A stretch of 64,000 bases of DNA from Macrostomum lignano. Taxonomy: Eukaryota. Position numbers and translations under genes: made by a program. Location: positions 186,001-250,000 of the forward strand of contig NIVC01000741.1 of the NCBI GenBank assembly GCA_002269645.1, in the 5' to 3' direction. Below are positions 9,645 through 21,534 of this stretch, one piece after another; within the stretch, counting starts at the first letter, position 1; the number at the start of each line of letters is the position of its first letter. The notes below the pieces were generated by a model. It searched no databases. It saw only the letters and a program-made list of their open reading frames with translations, and was not told the origin of the DNA.

Positions 9645-9884
9645 TACACCTTTTCACATTCAATTTTGATCCAAGTCTAGTTCTAAAAAAACTACTGGAA
9701 ATTCAATTTAGACAATTCAGACTGGGATAATGCCTACAGAAAATCAATAGAAACAAACCCCAGTTCAAAACATTCTGCCACTAAAGCAAGGTTTAGCCAT
9801 AGACAAAATTATCCCTAGTCTAAATTGAATTTCTAGTAGTTTTTTAGAACTGGACTTTAATAAAATTGAACATGAAAAGGTGTA
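9645..9884. mobile_element. MITE-like foldback element; a related sequence lies at about 28514-28640
   Basis: About 70-bp imperfect inverted arms (tacacctttt...caatttagac / gtctaaattg...aaaaggtgta); one arm recurs near 28.5 kb. Confidence 0.55.
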
Positions 9885-11007
9885 CTAACTATAACTAGAG
9901 ACATCGATAGATAAAAAATTACTTGTATATTAAGTCTTTGTTCTGTGTATGGTTAAAATTCATGTAAAATATTTTTCAAAGTGCAAGCCTAGTAAGAAAG
10001 ATGATAGCATAGTCTTGGCCAGGTTTTAAGCAAGGCTCTTTCACACTGCCATCAAATGAGACCATGCAAATTTCTTGTGATTATACAACTTGTTTATCAA
10101 TTTTGATTCTTTTGTGCATTATTTGTATGATTTGTTAGCTCATTTGATGGCAGTGTCAATGAACCTCTATACCCAAGAATAGTAATGAGACTTTGGCCTT
10201 GGTCCTTGGTTTAAACCCTAGATATTATGGACTAATACATGCATTAGATAGGGCAAAACCTAGGATACCTGGGAAACTACTAACCAATCAACCAACCAAA
10301 AATAATTATCTCTAGTCAAAAAGTATAATAATAGTCAATATATAGTAACATATTTAGTATAGTTGAATTTTAGCATATTGATTATAATAATATGAATACT
10401 ATTGTATTCTTCTGTTTCTTACTCCTAGTGTAACTATCATCAGTTCTAAAGGTTCCTAATCATTTTGAAATTTTATATTTTATCAGTCATTAACTATAAG
10501 TAAATTAATATATACTATGAAAGAGTTTTATATAAAGAAAATATAAAGAATGACTATTTTATATTAATTATAAAAATAAAAGAACTAAGCATTTTTTGAA
10601 ACAAGAATAAGAAATGGTCCTATGCCAATGATATATTCTTAACATTGACATAGGACCATTTATATTAAATATATATTTTTGTAGCTTCCCAAATTAACAT
10701 GGCCATAAGGTTTAATAAAAATGTAGTTTAATAACTTTTATAAAGCCAAAAGGTTATTTTTATCTTAAAATCTATTTAACTGTAATTCTTTTTTAATAAT
10801 TTTTATTGCCTTTATATTTATTTACTTTTTTTCTAACTTCTTTTTTTTCTTTTTTCCTTGTTTGCTTCCTTTCTATATGTATTGTGACTTGTCATATTGT
10901 TTTTATAGGCCTACTTCTGGAAAGGTTAGGCCATTTTTTAAATCAATCATATACACATACATACCAACAAATTTGTACAAACCATGTTAGTATATATAGA
11001 ATTTGAT

Positions 11008-12828
11008 TGATAGCCATGTTTTTTGGTGCCTGTGCTTTTTGATGCCTAGATTATAAAATAGAATTTGGATACAAAAAGATAGATAGTGAGCTCTAATTTA
11101 GCAATAATTGCTTTGTAGTATTTCATTTTTTGAAAAAGTAAGGTATTTTTGTTATTAATTTTGTTAAGCTGACCAGCTGTTGTAATTTTCTAAAAATGTC
11201 TTTTATTTCATATAAATTTTTGTCTTGACTCAACTTCTTAAGAAAAAATATGATTGTATAACTTTAGAAATCTATATACTAGCCCTAAAAATGTCAATAC
11301 TAAAATGGATTTGTCACATTTCATAATTTCAATAAAAACTATATATGGAGGCATTGTAGCATAGTTGATGGATTTCATCTTTGTCTAAAACTTAGTCTTC
11401 TTAATCTTAGCACACATGCTAAGCAGCCATTGTATATATATAAGATATAGGCATATAGCAAATGCTTGCAAATAAATCAAAGAGATTTTTTTTAATTTAA
11501 GAAATATGCCAGTTTAACAAAATGGATACTGCTTTATTGGGATGGATTACTTTTTTTATTTAGGCATCATAAACTGAGGCACCAAAAAGTAAACTGGCTA
11601 TAAAGATGGTCTCTAACTGTTTTTACCTTGGCTGCCTCTCTAGTAGATTGTCTAAGGGTTGTGCGCAATCTGATTGGCCTAGCTCTGACTAGCCCAATTT
11701 TCTAAGGGTCCACCCTAGAGGGGCTGTGCCCATTCTAAAAATAACTTTTTTATTCTAATTAGCTTTTTGGCCCTCGGCCTTGGTTTAGGGGGTTGTACAT
11801 GGCATAAGTGTGTAATCTAGACTGCAATGTGGCTAGAATAGGACTTGAGCCCCTCGGTCGTACCTGCCCTATAGGAAAGAATGACCATTCACAAAGGTGT
11901 ATGGTTAGAGCCCAGTAGCATGCTAGCCCTGAGGCTAAGCCTGGGTTTTTAGGGTTCAAGTGCTCCTCACATTGTTTTTATTGTTTTTAATCCCATTATT
12001 AGGGGCCTATACACACTGGTAGCACCTGCCATTTCAACTAGCAATAAGCCACCTTTAACCAACCTGAAGTTTTGAGCTCTGCCTTGCCTGGTCCATCTTG
12101 CTTTGTCCTCGGTTCTATTTGCTAGGCTCCTCTAGAAGCTCCCTGCCTGTGTTTTGGCTCTTATCCTAACAGTGGACTAGCATCCCAGGGAATGAGTTTG
12201 TCCTAAATTGGGGATACTGGCTGAGTCCAAATCCTTTTATGCCTTGTGCCCTTTTCCCAACCCCTTGGCCCGGCCTCCAATCTAAAGCTAGATAGGTGAT
12301 ACCCTTGTGGCTTGCAGCCCTATAGGAGGGTTTTTTGCAAGGTTTACCTCTTGATAGGAGACTCACCCTTGGAAACAAGCCTTCCAGCCAAATACCAAAT
12401 TCCTAACTATTGCTTTTTCCATAGACCTCTGGGGTTTCCCCACTCTTAGACCACTCTAAGTAGCAAACTAAGCTTTTCGAACTCTTTTTTGCATGCACTC
12501 CCTAAGACTTGTCTGCTGGGTGGTGGCCTGGGTAGACTTGGTCCTAGCACTGTCCTTGATTCTACTTTTGGGTTGGTAATGCCTTAGTCCATAGGCTTAG
12601 GTTAGTAATCATTCATATTCACACCTATCCTTAACTAAGATATTAGGGTCTAACCAACTAGTTTAGTAGGTATCTCGGGCTTAGGCCCCTAGAAGTGCCT
12701 ATCAGCAGCAGAGCCCCTCCCAGGGCTAATCTGCGAATAGCAACTGCTCTCACCCCCATTTAACAATAAATTGGCACACCAAAATGCTAGGCACCAAAAA
12801 GCACAGGCGCCAAAAAGCATGGAAATCC
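11008..12828. mobile_element. Decayed non-autonomous TIR transposon
   Basis: 11014-11049 and 12787-12822 are 36-bp inverted repeats with 3 mismatches; a possible decayed 8-bp TSD (atttgatt/ctttgaat). Confidence 0.5.
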
Positions 12829-15036
12829 TTTGAATACAAGCTAGATTTAAAGAAAAAAAGTAACTTACAAAATTATTCTATTGTTGTCATATTATGTTAT
12901 GGCATGGTGCCATTGAGTAGGCCTATCCAAACCAAAGTTTTTATTTGCATAATTGCAAGTAGGAACAAAGTAGGGCAGTAGGCTAGTAGTCATTGAAAAA
13001 ATAACATTTGTAGTTGTTTCTTTTGCTGCAGCGACAGAATATAACACTTAGAACAAATAGATTCTATATAAGAATTGCATGTCAAAATCTCAATTGATAA
13101 TCAATAATCAAACCCTTACCTTACTGGCTTAATGCTGTCCAATAAAATAGGCCTATAAAATATAGGAATACAACAAATAAGCATTTCAGCATTTCAGACC
13201 TACGCTCCGTAGGTCTAGATTTTGGCGCTGCTCTAAGCTGAACGTCAGTGAAAGAACTGAGACTACGCACTGAGCAGTTAATTGAAAATTAAGCCTAGCC
13301 TATGTGGCTATGCCAACGCAATAATTTAAAGCTTGACGGCAGTAAATTGATTCGCAAGATTTTAAAGCGTATACATTACTACATTTATTAAATTTACAAG
13401 CTAGTTTATCCACAGAACGCTTAGATGTATAGTATAGAATAGAACTGGTATTTTATCAAACTGATTAAGTGACGCTTCAGAGTCTGCCGTCAGTCTGACG
13501 ACGAGCTCAGCCACGTGTCTTCACAGTTTCACAGAAAAAAAGCCGTAAAATATCTGCAAGTCAACCAAAGCTATAAGTTCTATAAAACTAACCCTCAAAG
13601 CCGTAGAGAGTTTAATTATAAAGAAATAACGAAATATGTTTTTTATGTCCATTTTTCAAATTATTGGAACGATAAAATTAAATTTTTATTATAATGCGGT
13701 TTAGAAACGATCAAATGTGAGCATGTAAAATTACGAGAGTATAAAGTTAACATGCATTTACATGTTTACATGTAACAGGAAGCGCAGTAGGCACAGAATG
13801 ACAATTTCTTAGTCAGGAAGGACTCAAATATGTGTAGCGCAAACTGATCGATGCAGATCCTCAAAGCAAAATCATGAATTGCCAAACACAGCAGCAATGC
13901 AAAGACGCAAATTAGTTAATTGTGTCATTAAGAAAGAAAACACGAGGACGAGAAGATCGAATAATATTAAACTTCCAAAAAAGAATATCAGCATAGTTTA
14001 TACTCTGACTATGTTCAGTTGTTTTAGAATTCATAAGCAGCTAGTGTGAAAAATATAGAACTAGAAGTTTGACACATTGCTTTGCAGCTTTTGTTCCATC
14101 TATTATATATGGTGGCCTTGAATTACCCCTTGAGGTCCATACCCAGGTCCATACTTTTGTCCATGCTTCTGTGATGCTCTTGGATATCTAAAACTGAGAT
14201 GTCCAGGTCAGCCACCAACCAGGTCAGCTCTTGTAGCTTCCACCTAGGTTGACTGAGGTGACAGACCAGCTAATTCTAATGCTTCCTAAACTTTACGTTT
14301 AGAATGGCAGCTAGGGTTGTCCGCATACACATGCACCATTGGTACATGATCCCAAACACTGGAACCACTCTTTTACTTTGCTAAATTTGTTAAAAGAATT
14401 TTTGTGCATTTATACAAGCATTTATGCTTGTTTTCGCTATTTACTTTTCCATTTAATTTTCCTTGTTCTTTATACTGTTTCATCACTTTTGCAATGCTGT
14501 TCGACACAATAAAATTTGCTCAATTTAGTTTATCATACCTTCTAGCCTCAATTTTGTGGCGGACAGACTGCTGTTTTATACATTTAAGTTCAGCTATAAG
14601 CAAATAAACTCGACACAAGTCTGCTTGCTTGCTAAATTCTACTGCCACGGCCCACTACTGACTTACTTGGTAGGGGAGGGGGGGGGCAAAAACCAATTCA
14701 AAGACTTGAGCAGTTCATGTTCTAATGCAAGCTCATCAATATCGAGAAATGATCGCAACACCCAGACAGACATTGAGATTAATTTCAACACTAACAATAC
14801 ATTATAGCTAAGATGTGGCACTCGCAGATTTGCAGATTTATTATTTATGTAACAACACAAATGCCTTGACTCACAGAAGTCGCAAGGTTTTTTAACTGCA
14901 AACAATAACCAACAATAACGAAAAAATGCCATGATTAAACTATCAAAGGGGCTGCTACTTGGCATAGTGATTGTTGGGGCCCCAACTGGCTTCTGCTGTA
15001 TCAAAATTACTGAAATCAGCAGTCAGCTGGGAGACA

Positions 15037-15488
15037 GACACGGTACCGCTTGTACAAGATACGGTACCGCCTGTACAAGACATGGTACTGCCTGTACAAG
15101 ACACGGTACCGCCTGTACAAGACACGGTACCGCTTGTACAAGACACGGTACCGCTTGTACAAGACACGGTGCCGCCTGTACAAGACACGATACCGCCTGT
15201 ACAAGACACGGTACCGCTTGTACAAGACACGGTACCGCTTGTACAAGACACGGTGCCGCCTGTACAAGACACGATACCGCCTGTACAAGACACGATACCG
15301 CCTGTACAAGACACGGTACCGCTTGTACAAGACACGGTGCCGCCTGTACAAGACACGATACCGCCTGTACAAGACACGATACCGCCTGTACAAGACACGG
15401 TACCGCTTGTACAAGACACGATACCGCCTGTACAAGACACGATACCGCCTGTACAAGACACGGTACCGCTTGTACAAGACACGATACC
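15037..15488. repeat. 21-bp minisatellite, about 21.5 copies (gacacggtaccgcctgtacaa)
   Basis: Direct inspection; it generates the 7-aa periodic ORFs in the track. Confidence 0.95.
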
Positions 15489-15563
15489 TTTAGTGGTCAA
15501 GTATTCAGAGCGTGCCAGGCATTGCTAAGCAGAGTCAGTCAAACGCGCATAGGAATCGGCCAG

Positions 15564-16121
15564 TCACCGAGCCAGCGGCCCTGCCAAGCAGGCCGCGTGC
15601 CTCTCAACGGCTTCCCGACAGCAGCGGCCGACCAACTCGCTGGCCGCTTCGCCCACCATCTGGACGCTGACAACGCAAACCGGCAAGTCGCCACCGCCGG
15701 CAGTGAAAACTCGGACAATGGCGGCGCCAGGCAGCGCCTCCTCCCGGCCGTCCGGCACCGACAACAGCTGATCGTTGTCAATGGCAACAAAGCTGGTACA
15801 AATGACGGCGCTTCCAGGGCGCAGCACGGCCGGGCGGAATTTCTCGCCGCTGGGGCAGCGCCTCACACCGACGTCAGCTGCTGCTGTTGAACGAACCGAA
15901 GGTCCGGAGTTCGAGTCATCGTGACCGGCATCGGCGGGGACTACGAGGCGCGGCAGGCAAAGGTTGGCCAGGGCGGCGCTGACGGCCAGGAGGCAGGCGT
16001 CTGGCAGGGAGCCGTCGGCGCTGAGGCAGACGGCGTCAACGTGCAGCTGCAGGCGGTGCCGCGGTCCCACGGTCAGCTGGGCGGCGTCCAGACAACCGGA
16101 CTGGGCAAGAGCGTCTGACAC
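15564..16121 (-). CDS. EXOSC8: Exosome complex component RRP43, exon 2 (last)
   Basis: RNase PH fold motifs DAVCLSADGSLPDACLLAVSAALANLCLP and CTSFVAIDNDQLLSVPDGREE match RRP43; acceptor ttcctgcag at 16122; phase 0. Confidence 0.85.
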   Translation of the reverse strand: MSDALAQSGCLDAAQLTVGPRHRLQLHVDAVCLSADGSLPDACLLAVSAALANLCLPRLVVPADAGHDDSNSGPSVRSTAAADVGVRRCPSGEKFRPAVLRPGSAVICTSFVAIDNDQLLSVPDGREEALPGAAIVRVFTAGGGDLPVCVVSVQMVGEAASELVGRCCREAVERHAACLAGPLAR

Positions 16122-16459
16122 CTGCAGGAAAGGAATTACAAATAATATAACTGCACTGTATTGTACGTATAACTGGGAATCATAAGTGCAATTTTGATCG
16201 ATTTGTTTGTTTGATTTTCAATTACAGGGTACGGTGCGCTGCCGCAAAGCAGTCAGTCATGCCATTGCGCTGCCCCATAAGCACTTGAGGTACTTTGGCG
16301 CCAGAATCGATCGCGTTACCGCTGAACTGCTCAGCCTTAGCATGAATCGCGGATGTCTAATCTGCTATTCGGAAGTCAAAACGGAGCACGATGGGTTGTT
16401 TTCCCAAGTTCAAAACTTCACACTGTCTAAGGCAACAGCACACTTCACCAGCTTAGACA

Positions 16460-17965
16460 ACAACAAAATACGCGACCCTGCAAGCAGAGGTCACAGTTAA
16501 AGCAGGGGGCGTCAGATGGCGCGCCGCAGAGCCTGGGAGCGAACAAAGTCCGCTCCGTTGGCAGTGTCGAGCGCCCCAGCGCCGCACAGCAGGCAGTCCA
16601 CGTATCGACGGGTCGGGCCTGACCCCGCCTGAACGGACCCTGCAAGGTGAGCAGCAGGACGTCCTGAACAGGTTGGGGGCAGTAGCCCTCGGCCCGGATC
16701 ACGTGGCTCGCCAGTTGAAGTCGCCGCCGGCGCAGGATGGTGGACGGGCGCTGCAGCTTGGCCCGATCGTACAGGGCCTCGGTCCCGACGCTCTCGTCAG
16801 CTCGAAAGGCCGCACGGAGCAGCGCTGAGTGCGCCGAGTCCAGCTGCCGCTCTAGCGTAGCCGTCAGCGTCCACGTCTCGTCCACGGACGCTTTCGACCA
16901 CAGCCGAGCCCTTTGGCGGTCGGGCAGCGCTTCGGACTGGAGGACGACTCGGATCGAACAAAAGGCCGCCCAGGCAAGTCCTCTGCGCCGCCGGAGGTCC
17001 TCTTCCACGTGGGGCACCAGACCGCCGAGGTAGGTGAACCGCTGGCAGCGTGCGAGCCTGGTCGTCTGCCCGTCTGCGCCGCGGCACGTCAGGTCCGATG
17101 GGATGTCGGCCGGCAAGGTCAGCACCTCGGTCTTCAGCGTGTTGACAATCACACCAACGCTGCGATGCCACCTCGACCAGCCTGTCAATCTGGTACTGGG
17201 CGCCTTAAACGGACGAGGACAGGAGGGCGAGGTCGTCGGCGTAGCCAAGCACGCTTAGGCGCTTTTCGCCGTGGCGGCGACCGATGCGTCTGCGCAGCAG
17301 GAAGCGGTCATTAGCAGAGGGGAGTGCGGTCCGAAGCACCCAGTCCAGCAGCAGCACTAAGAGGAACGGCGCTAGCGTATCGCCCTGCAGAACTCCTGAT
17401 GAAGTATCGAACAGGTCAGACAGGCCGTCCGCCGTCACCACAGCAGCTCGAGTATCGCGATACAGTGACATGATACTCGTAGCGTCGATTAGCTGCTGCG
17501 GGACTCGGTAGGCTCAAAGGACGAAGGGGAGCGCGGCTTTCAGCACCGAGTCAAACGCCTTTCAAAAGTCAACGAAGACAATGATCAGCGTAGACTGGCG
17601 GATGCGCGCCTCCTCGATGACCCGGCAGAGTGCGAGGATCTGTCACTGTACCGCGTTGCGGCCGGAATCCATTCTGCTCGTACCGCAGGTACGGGTCTAG
17701 CAACGACTGCAGACGATCGAGCAGCAGCCGGTTGAAGAGCTTCGCGGTGCAGGACATCAGCGAGATCCCGCGGTGGTCTTCTTTCCGCGTTGTCCCTGCC
17801 TTCTTCGGTATCGGCACGATGTGCGTGACGGTAAACTCGGTGGGCGCAGGAGCGCCATCGAGCACGCGGTTCATGACGCCTGTGACCTGGGAGGCCACAC
17901 AGCAGAGCCGCAACGCTTCGACCGGGACTTCGTCGGGGCTGAGCGCCTTGCCACCTGATGATTGC
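16460..17965 (-). mobile_element. 5'-truncated, frameshifted non-LTR retrotransposon (RTE-like reverse transcriptase) in the EXOSC8 intron
   Basis: HRGISLMSCTAKLFNR, EQNGFRPQRGT, GVLQGDTLAPFL, YADDLALL and FTYLG spread over three frames; no endonuclease domain. Confidence 0.85.
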
Positions 17966-18146
17966 CGAGCAAACAGCACAACAGAACTTCACCAGCTCAG
18001 AACCTTACATCACAAGCTCTTAATGCCCCATCTGAAAAATATTGGCGCTCTTATATGTTTCGAGCCTGTAAAATATTCGCTCCGGCCCATCCGCAGCCAG
18101 AATGCCTTCAGAACACAGAAAACAGCTCAAAGCTAGAAATTCGCAC

Positions 18147-18527
18147 CTGAACGGTGAGCGCCTGCGCCGTGTCGCTGGGCGGCCCGGGCCGGAACGCTCT
18201 CGAACAGACGGGCGGCAGGTCGGCATTTAACACGACGCCCGCCGCCAGCAGCGGATGGCAGCCCGCGGCGGCGGCGGCGGTTCCGGCAGCCGAGAGCTCC
18301 ACAACGCTGGCCGACACTCCGCAGGCGAATTTCGTGTTGCCGAGCACCGAAATCGCGCTGCCAGCCGCGCCGCCTAGGCAACCGGGGGTCACGTGACCGA
18401 CACGGCTGGACGGAGAGGCTGCGGTGGCGGCCAGCCGCAGCCTGTTGGCCAGCAGCGCCTTGGCAAACTCGGCGGGGACGGCCAGATTCCAGTCTGCCGC
18501 ATCGTCAGTCAGCATCGGCTGCGACAT
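18147..18527 (-). CDS. EXOSC8: Exosome complex component RRP43, exon 1
   Basis: GSAISVLGNTKFACGV and NADLPPVCSRAFRPGPPSDTAQ match RRP43 (GSALVKLGNT, NVDLPPLCSSRFRSGPP); donor CAG|gtgcga at 18146; joins exon 2 in frame to give 312 aa. Confidence 0.88.
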
Positions 18528-18637
18528 GCCGGGTTTGGAAGCTGGAATGCATCCAGATGGAGCTTTGAGCCGCTAAGGTTGTCTGAGAACTTTCGAACCT
18601 CGCACTGTCGTTAAAATAATTTGACACAAAACTCAAT

Positions 18638-18961
18638 CGATTAGAAAATCGCCCCATACCGATTAGAAAACCGCCCCTACCGATTAGAAAATCGCCCCTA
18701 CCGATTAGAAAATTGCCTCATACCGATTAGGAAATCGCCCCATGCCGATTAGAAAATAGCCTTATAGCGATTAGAAAATCGCCCCATACCGATTAGAAAA
18801 TCGCCCTAGACTGATTTGAAAATCGCCCTCTACCGATTAGAAAATCGCCTTATACCGATTAGAAAATCGCCCAATACCGATTAGAAAATCGCCCCATACC
18901 GATTAGAAAATCGCCCCATACCGATTAGAAAATCGCCCCATACCGATTAGAAAATCGCCCC
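18638..18961. repeat. 20-22-bp minisatellite, about 15 copies (cgattagaaaatcgccccatac), about 110 bp upstream of the EXOSC8 ATG
   Basis: Direct inspection. Confidence 0.93.
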
Positions 18962-19445
18962 GTAGCGACAAAGAAGTTACTAGAGTAATTTAAAATGCAA
19001 AGACTTAGCGAAATGGAATGAAACTCAGTGGATGAAAAAATTGGTGAATATATAGGTAAATATAATATATTTATAAAATGAGCATATAATTAAATAAAAA
19101 TATAGTGAGACACTGCAAAACCGCAGACACACAGGGCTCTCACAGCACGCATATACAGTATGTATGCAGCAGATTGGAATGATTTCACAATGCAAAATTA
19201 TCAATAGCAAAACAGGTCAAGAAGCCGCAGGAAAAACCAGATTTAAATACAGTAGCACAATTTCAAAAAAGATTTTGTTAAAACTGGCATGAAAAATGGT
19301 CATGCTTGAGACTCCTCTCAGCCAAATAAAAATTATTGGAAGGATTTGAAGGTAAATTCTTGATAAAATAACTAATACGCAGAGTATGCAATAAAACATT
19401 AGCAGCGCACTGGAAGCCCGAAACCAGATGAAATTTTGCCATCCC

Positions 19446-19781
19446 GTGCAGAAAAGTCAGCAGTCGGTCACTCAGACAGCAGCAGACGGTCACTCAGACA
19501 GTCAGCAGTCGGTCACTCAGACAGCAGCAGACGGTCACTCAGACAGTCAGCAGTTGGTCACTCAGACAGTCAGCAGTCGGTCACTCAGTCAGCAGTCGGT
19601 CACTCGGGCAGCAGCAGTCGGTCACTCAGACAGTCAGCAGTCGGTCACTCAGACAGTCAGCAGTCGGTCACTCAGACAGTCAGCAGTCGGTCACTCAGAC
19701 AGTCAGCAGTCGGTCACTCAGACAGTCAGCAGTCGGTCACTCAGACAGTCAGCAGTCGGTCACTCGGGCAGCAGCAGTCGG
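19446..19781. repeat. Degenerate 20-23-bp minisatellite (cagcagtcggtcactcagacagt) overlapping the Clock stop codon
   Basis: Direct inspection; the unit nearest the gene supplies the TGA at 19760-19762. Confidence 0.9.
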
Positions 19782-20518
19782 TCAGCACCGTCGTTAGTTA
19801 CAGAATGAGCGGCAGCCGCGGTGGCCTCAGCCGTCGCAGGTGTCGTGGCAGCGGCCGACAGCATTGCAAGCTTTCTGCTGACATCCTCCAGTTCTTCCTG
19901 GTTGCGCCTAACAGCGGCTGACAGCTGGCTGTAGCGGGCGCACAGCTGGGCGTAGAGCTCCGCCTGCTGCGGGCTGAGCGACTCGGCGGCGGACAGACCG
20001 ACATGCGCGGCTGCAGCTGCAGCGGCGGCGGCCGCGGCGGCAGCATTGTCGGCATCGTTGCTGGTGTCGTCGTCGTCCCAGATGCTGCCACCTTCCGCGG
20101 CGGAGTCTGTTGGCACCGCCGAAGACGAGGAGGCCGTCCGTGAGGCCTCAGGCGCAGCGGAAACCGCGGCAGCAACGGCAGAGCCAGTAGCGGCAGCGTC
20201 GGCGGCAGCGGCGCGGTGGTCGGCAGAGCCGTAGACGCAGGTGTAGGACTCAGGCCGGCCGCTCCACTGGGCATAGTTGGCGTGGGCGGACATGGACAGC
20301 CACAGCCAGTCGCCGCTGGGCAGGACGTGACGGCAGGCGTGGCAGACGGCGAGGCCGTCGCGCTTCAGACGCTCGAGAAAGCCGGCAACCGTTTCCAGGT
20401 CGGCCGGGTGGCACAGGTCGAATCCGGAGCGGCCAATCAGGGCGCTGGAGCGCTGGCCAATCACAAGCGAGCAGCGCGGATCCACTTCCGTGAAGCGCCA
20501 GGCTAGGCTAAGGCGGGC
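19760..20518 (-). CDS. Clock: Clock/NPAS2-like bHLH-PAS factor, exon 4 (PAS-B and exon-19-like coiled coil)
   Basis: RLSLAWRF...SGFDLCHPADL...WLWL...YAQWSGRPE matches CLOCK PAS-B (RHSLEWKF, SGYDYYHVDDL, YHQWNSRPE); QLSAAVRRNQEELEDVSRKL resembles the CLOCK exon-19 helix; acceptor tttcaacag, phase 0. Confidence 0.82.
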   Translation of the reverse strand, partial: ARLSLAWRFTEVDPRCSLVIGQRSSALIGRSGFDLCHPADLETVAGFLERLKRDGLAVCHACRHVLPSGDWLWLSMSAHANYAQWSGRPESYTCVYGSADHRAAAADAAATGSAVAAAVSAAPEASRTASSSSAVPTDSAAEGGSIWDDDDTSNDADNAAAAAAAAAAAAAHVGLSAAESLSPQQAELYAQLCARYSQLSAAVRRNQEELEDVSRKLAMLSAAATTPATAEATAAAAHSVTNDGADRLLLPE

Positions 20519-20658
20519 CTGTTGAAATGGAGAGCACAGCATCATCTTGGTTGACATTAAAGTGGAAGCCGGTACCAGACAAATTGAATGAAGGCGGCTA
20601 TCAGGCTGAGCTAAAAGGGAGGGGGGTCAGCGGAGGCGGGGTCAAGCTGAGCTCAAAC

Positions 20659-21078
20659 CTGAAAAGTGGGTCCGGCGGGCAGCGACAGCTCGGCAGGCGG
20701 CTGGCAGTTGCCGGCGTAGCGGCGCACCACAGCGCCGATCGCGGGCCCCGTGGCCGGCTGGCAGCGCAGGAAGCCGACCAGCTCCACGGCGCAGTACTCC
20801 GGCCGGCGCTGCAGCTGTCCGAGAGACTCACCGGCCGCGGCCGGGTCGGGGGCCCGCTCCAGGGCGCAGCGGATCACGATCTGCGACTGGTCGGGGCTCT
20901 GGCTGCGCTTCAGGCACCAGGTGGCCACCTGGTCCCGCTCGGACGGGTGCACCAAAGAGTAGAACGACTCGCCTACGAGAGCCTGCGGCTCGTGGCCGAG
21001 GCAAGCGGAGACCTCCTCGCTGACGGACCGAATGGAGCCGGTGTCCACTGAGAACTGCACCAGGAAGCCGGAGTGGGA
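20659..21078 (-). CDS. Clock: Clock-like, exon 3 (PAS-A)
   Basis: GFLVQFSVDTGSIRSVSEEVSACLGHEPQALVGESFYSLVHPSE; acceptor ccccgcag and donor CAG|gtttga, both phase 0. Confidence 0.82.
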
Positions 21079-21184
21079 CTGCGGGGATGGGCGATTCGCG
21101 GTGCTCTCAGGGGTTGAGGGTGTCTCAGTGTCTGTTCAAACAAAAGACGAGATCAACAGTCCAGGGCTGGCCTGCCATGCTTAC

Positions 21185-21270
21185 CTGCAAATATAGGCCC
21201 AACAGTTCCGAATTGGTGAGAAACGGCGGCTTCACAGTTTCATCCAGGTCTCCAGTAGAGAAGCTGGTCT
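21185..21270 (-). CDS. Clock: Clock-like, exon 2 (bHLH-PAS linker); not in the ORF track
   Basis: VKPPFLTNSELLGLYLQ matches CLOCK WKPTFLSNEEFTQLMLE; ttgcag acceptor, gtaagc donor, phases 1 then 0, consistent with the neighbouring exons. Confidence 0.8.
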
Positions 21271-21534
21271 CTGCAATAGAAAACCATAACTGATCATTCA
21301 TAACTGATTTAATTCAAAATTTATGTGAGCGCACCTGGAATCAAGCCTGGGCCGCTAACACATCAGAGATCACCCCACTAGACACTCATCAGATAAAATG
21401 CAAATTTCTGACTGAGAAACAATTAAACAAAAAATTGGACATCAAACCTGTTCTCACTTTTGACGAGCTAAATGGGAATTTGGACAATCAAAACGGAACC
21501 CCATAGACATTCAAGTCAGGCCACAGATCACACC

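Noticed and set aside
13512-13517. E-box CACGTG as a Clock target site
   Set aside because: A single hexamer expected by chance and not near an identified promoter.
14931-15890. Long ORFs with 7-aa periodicity as real genes
   Set aside because: Explained by a stop-free 21-bp repeat and the EXOSC8 antisense strand.
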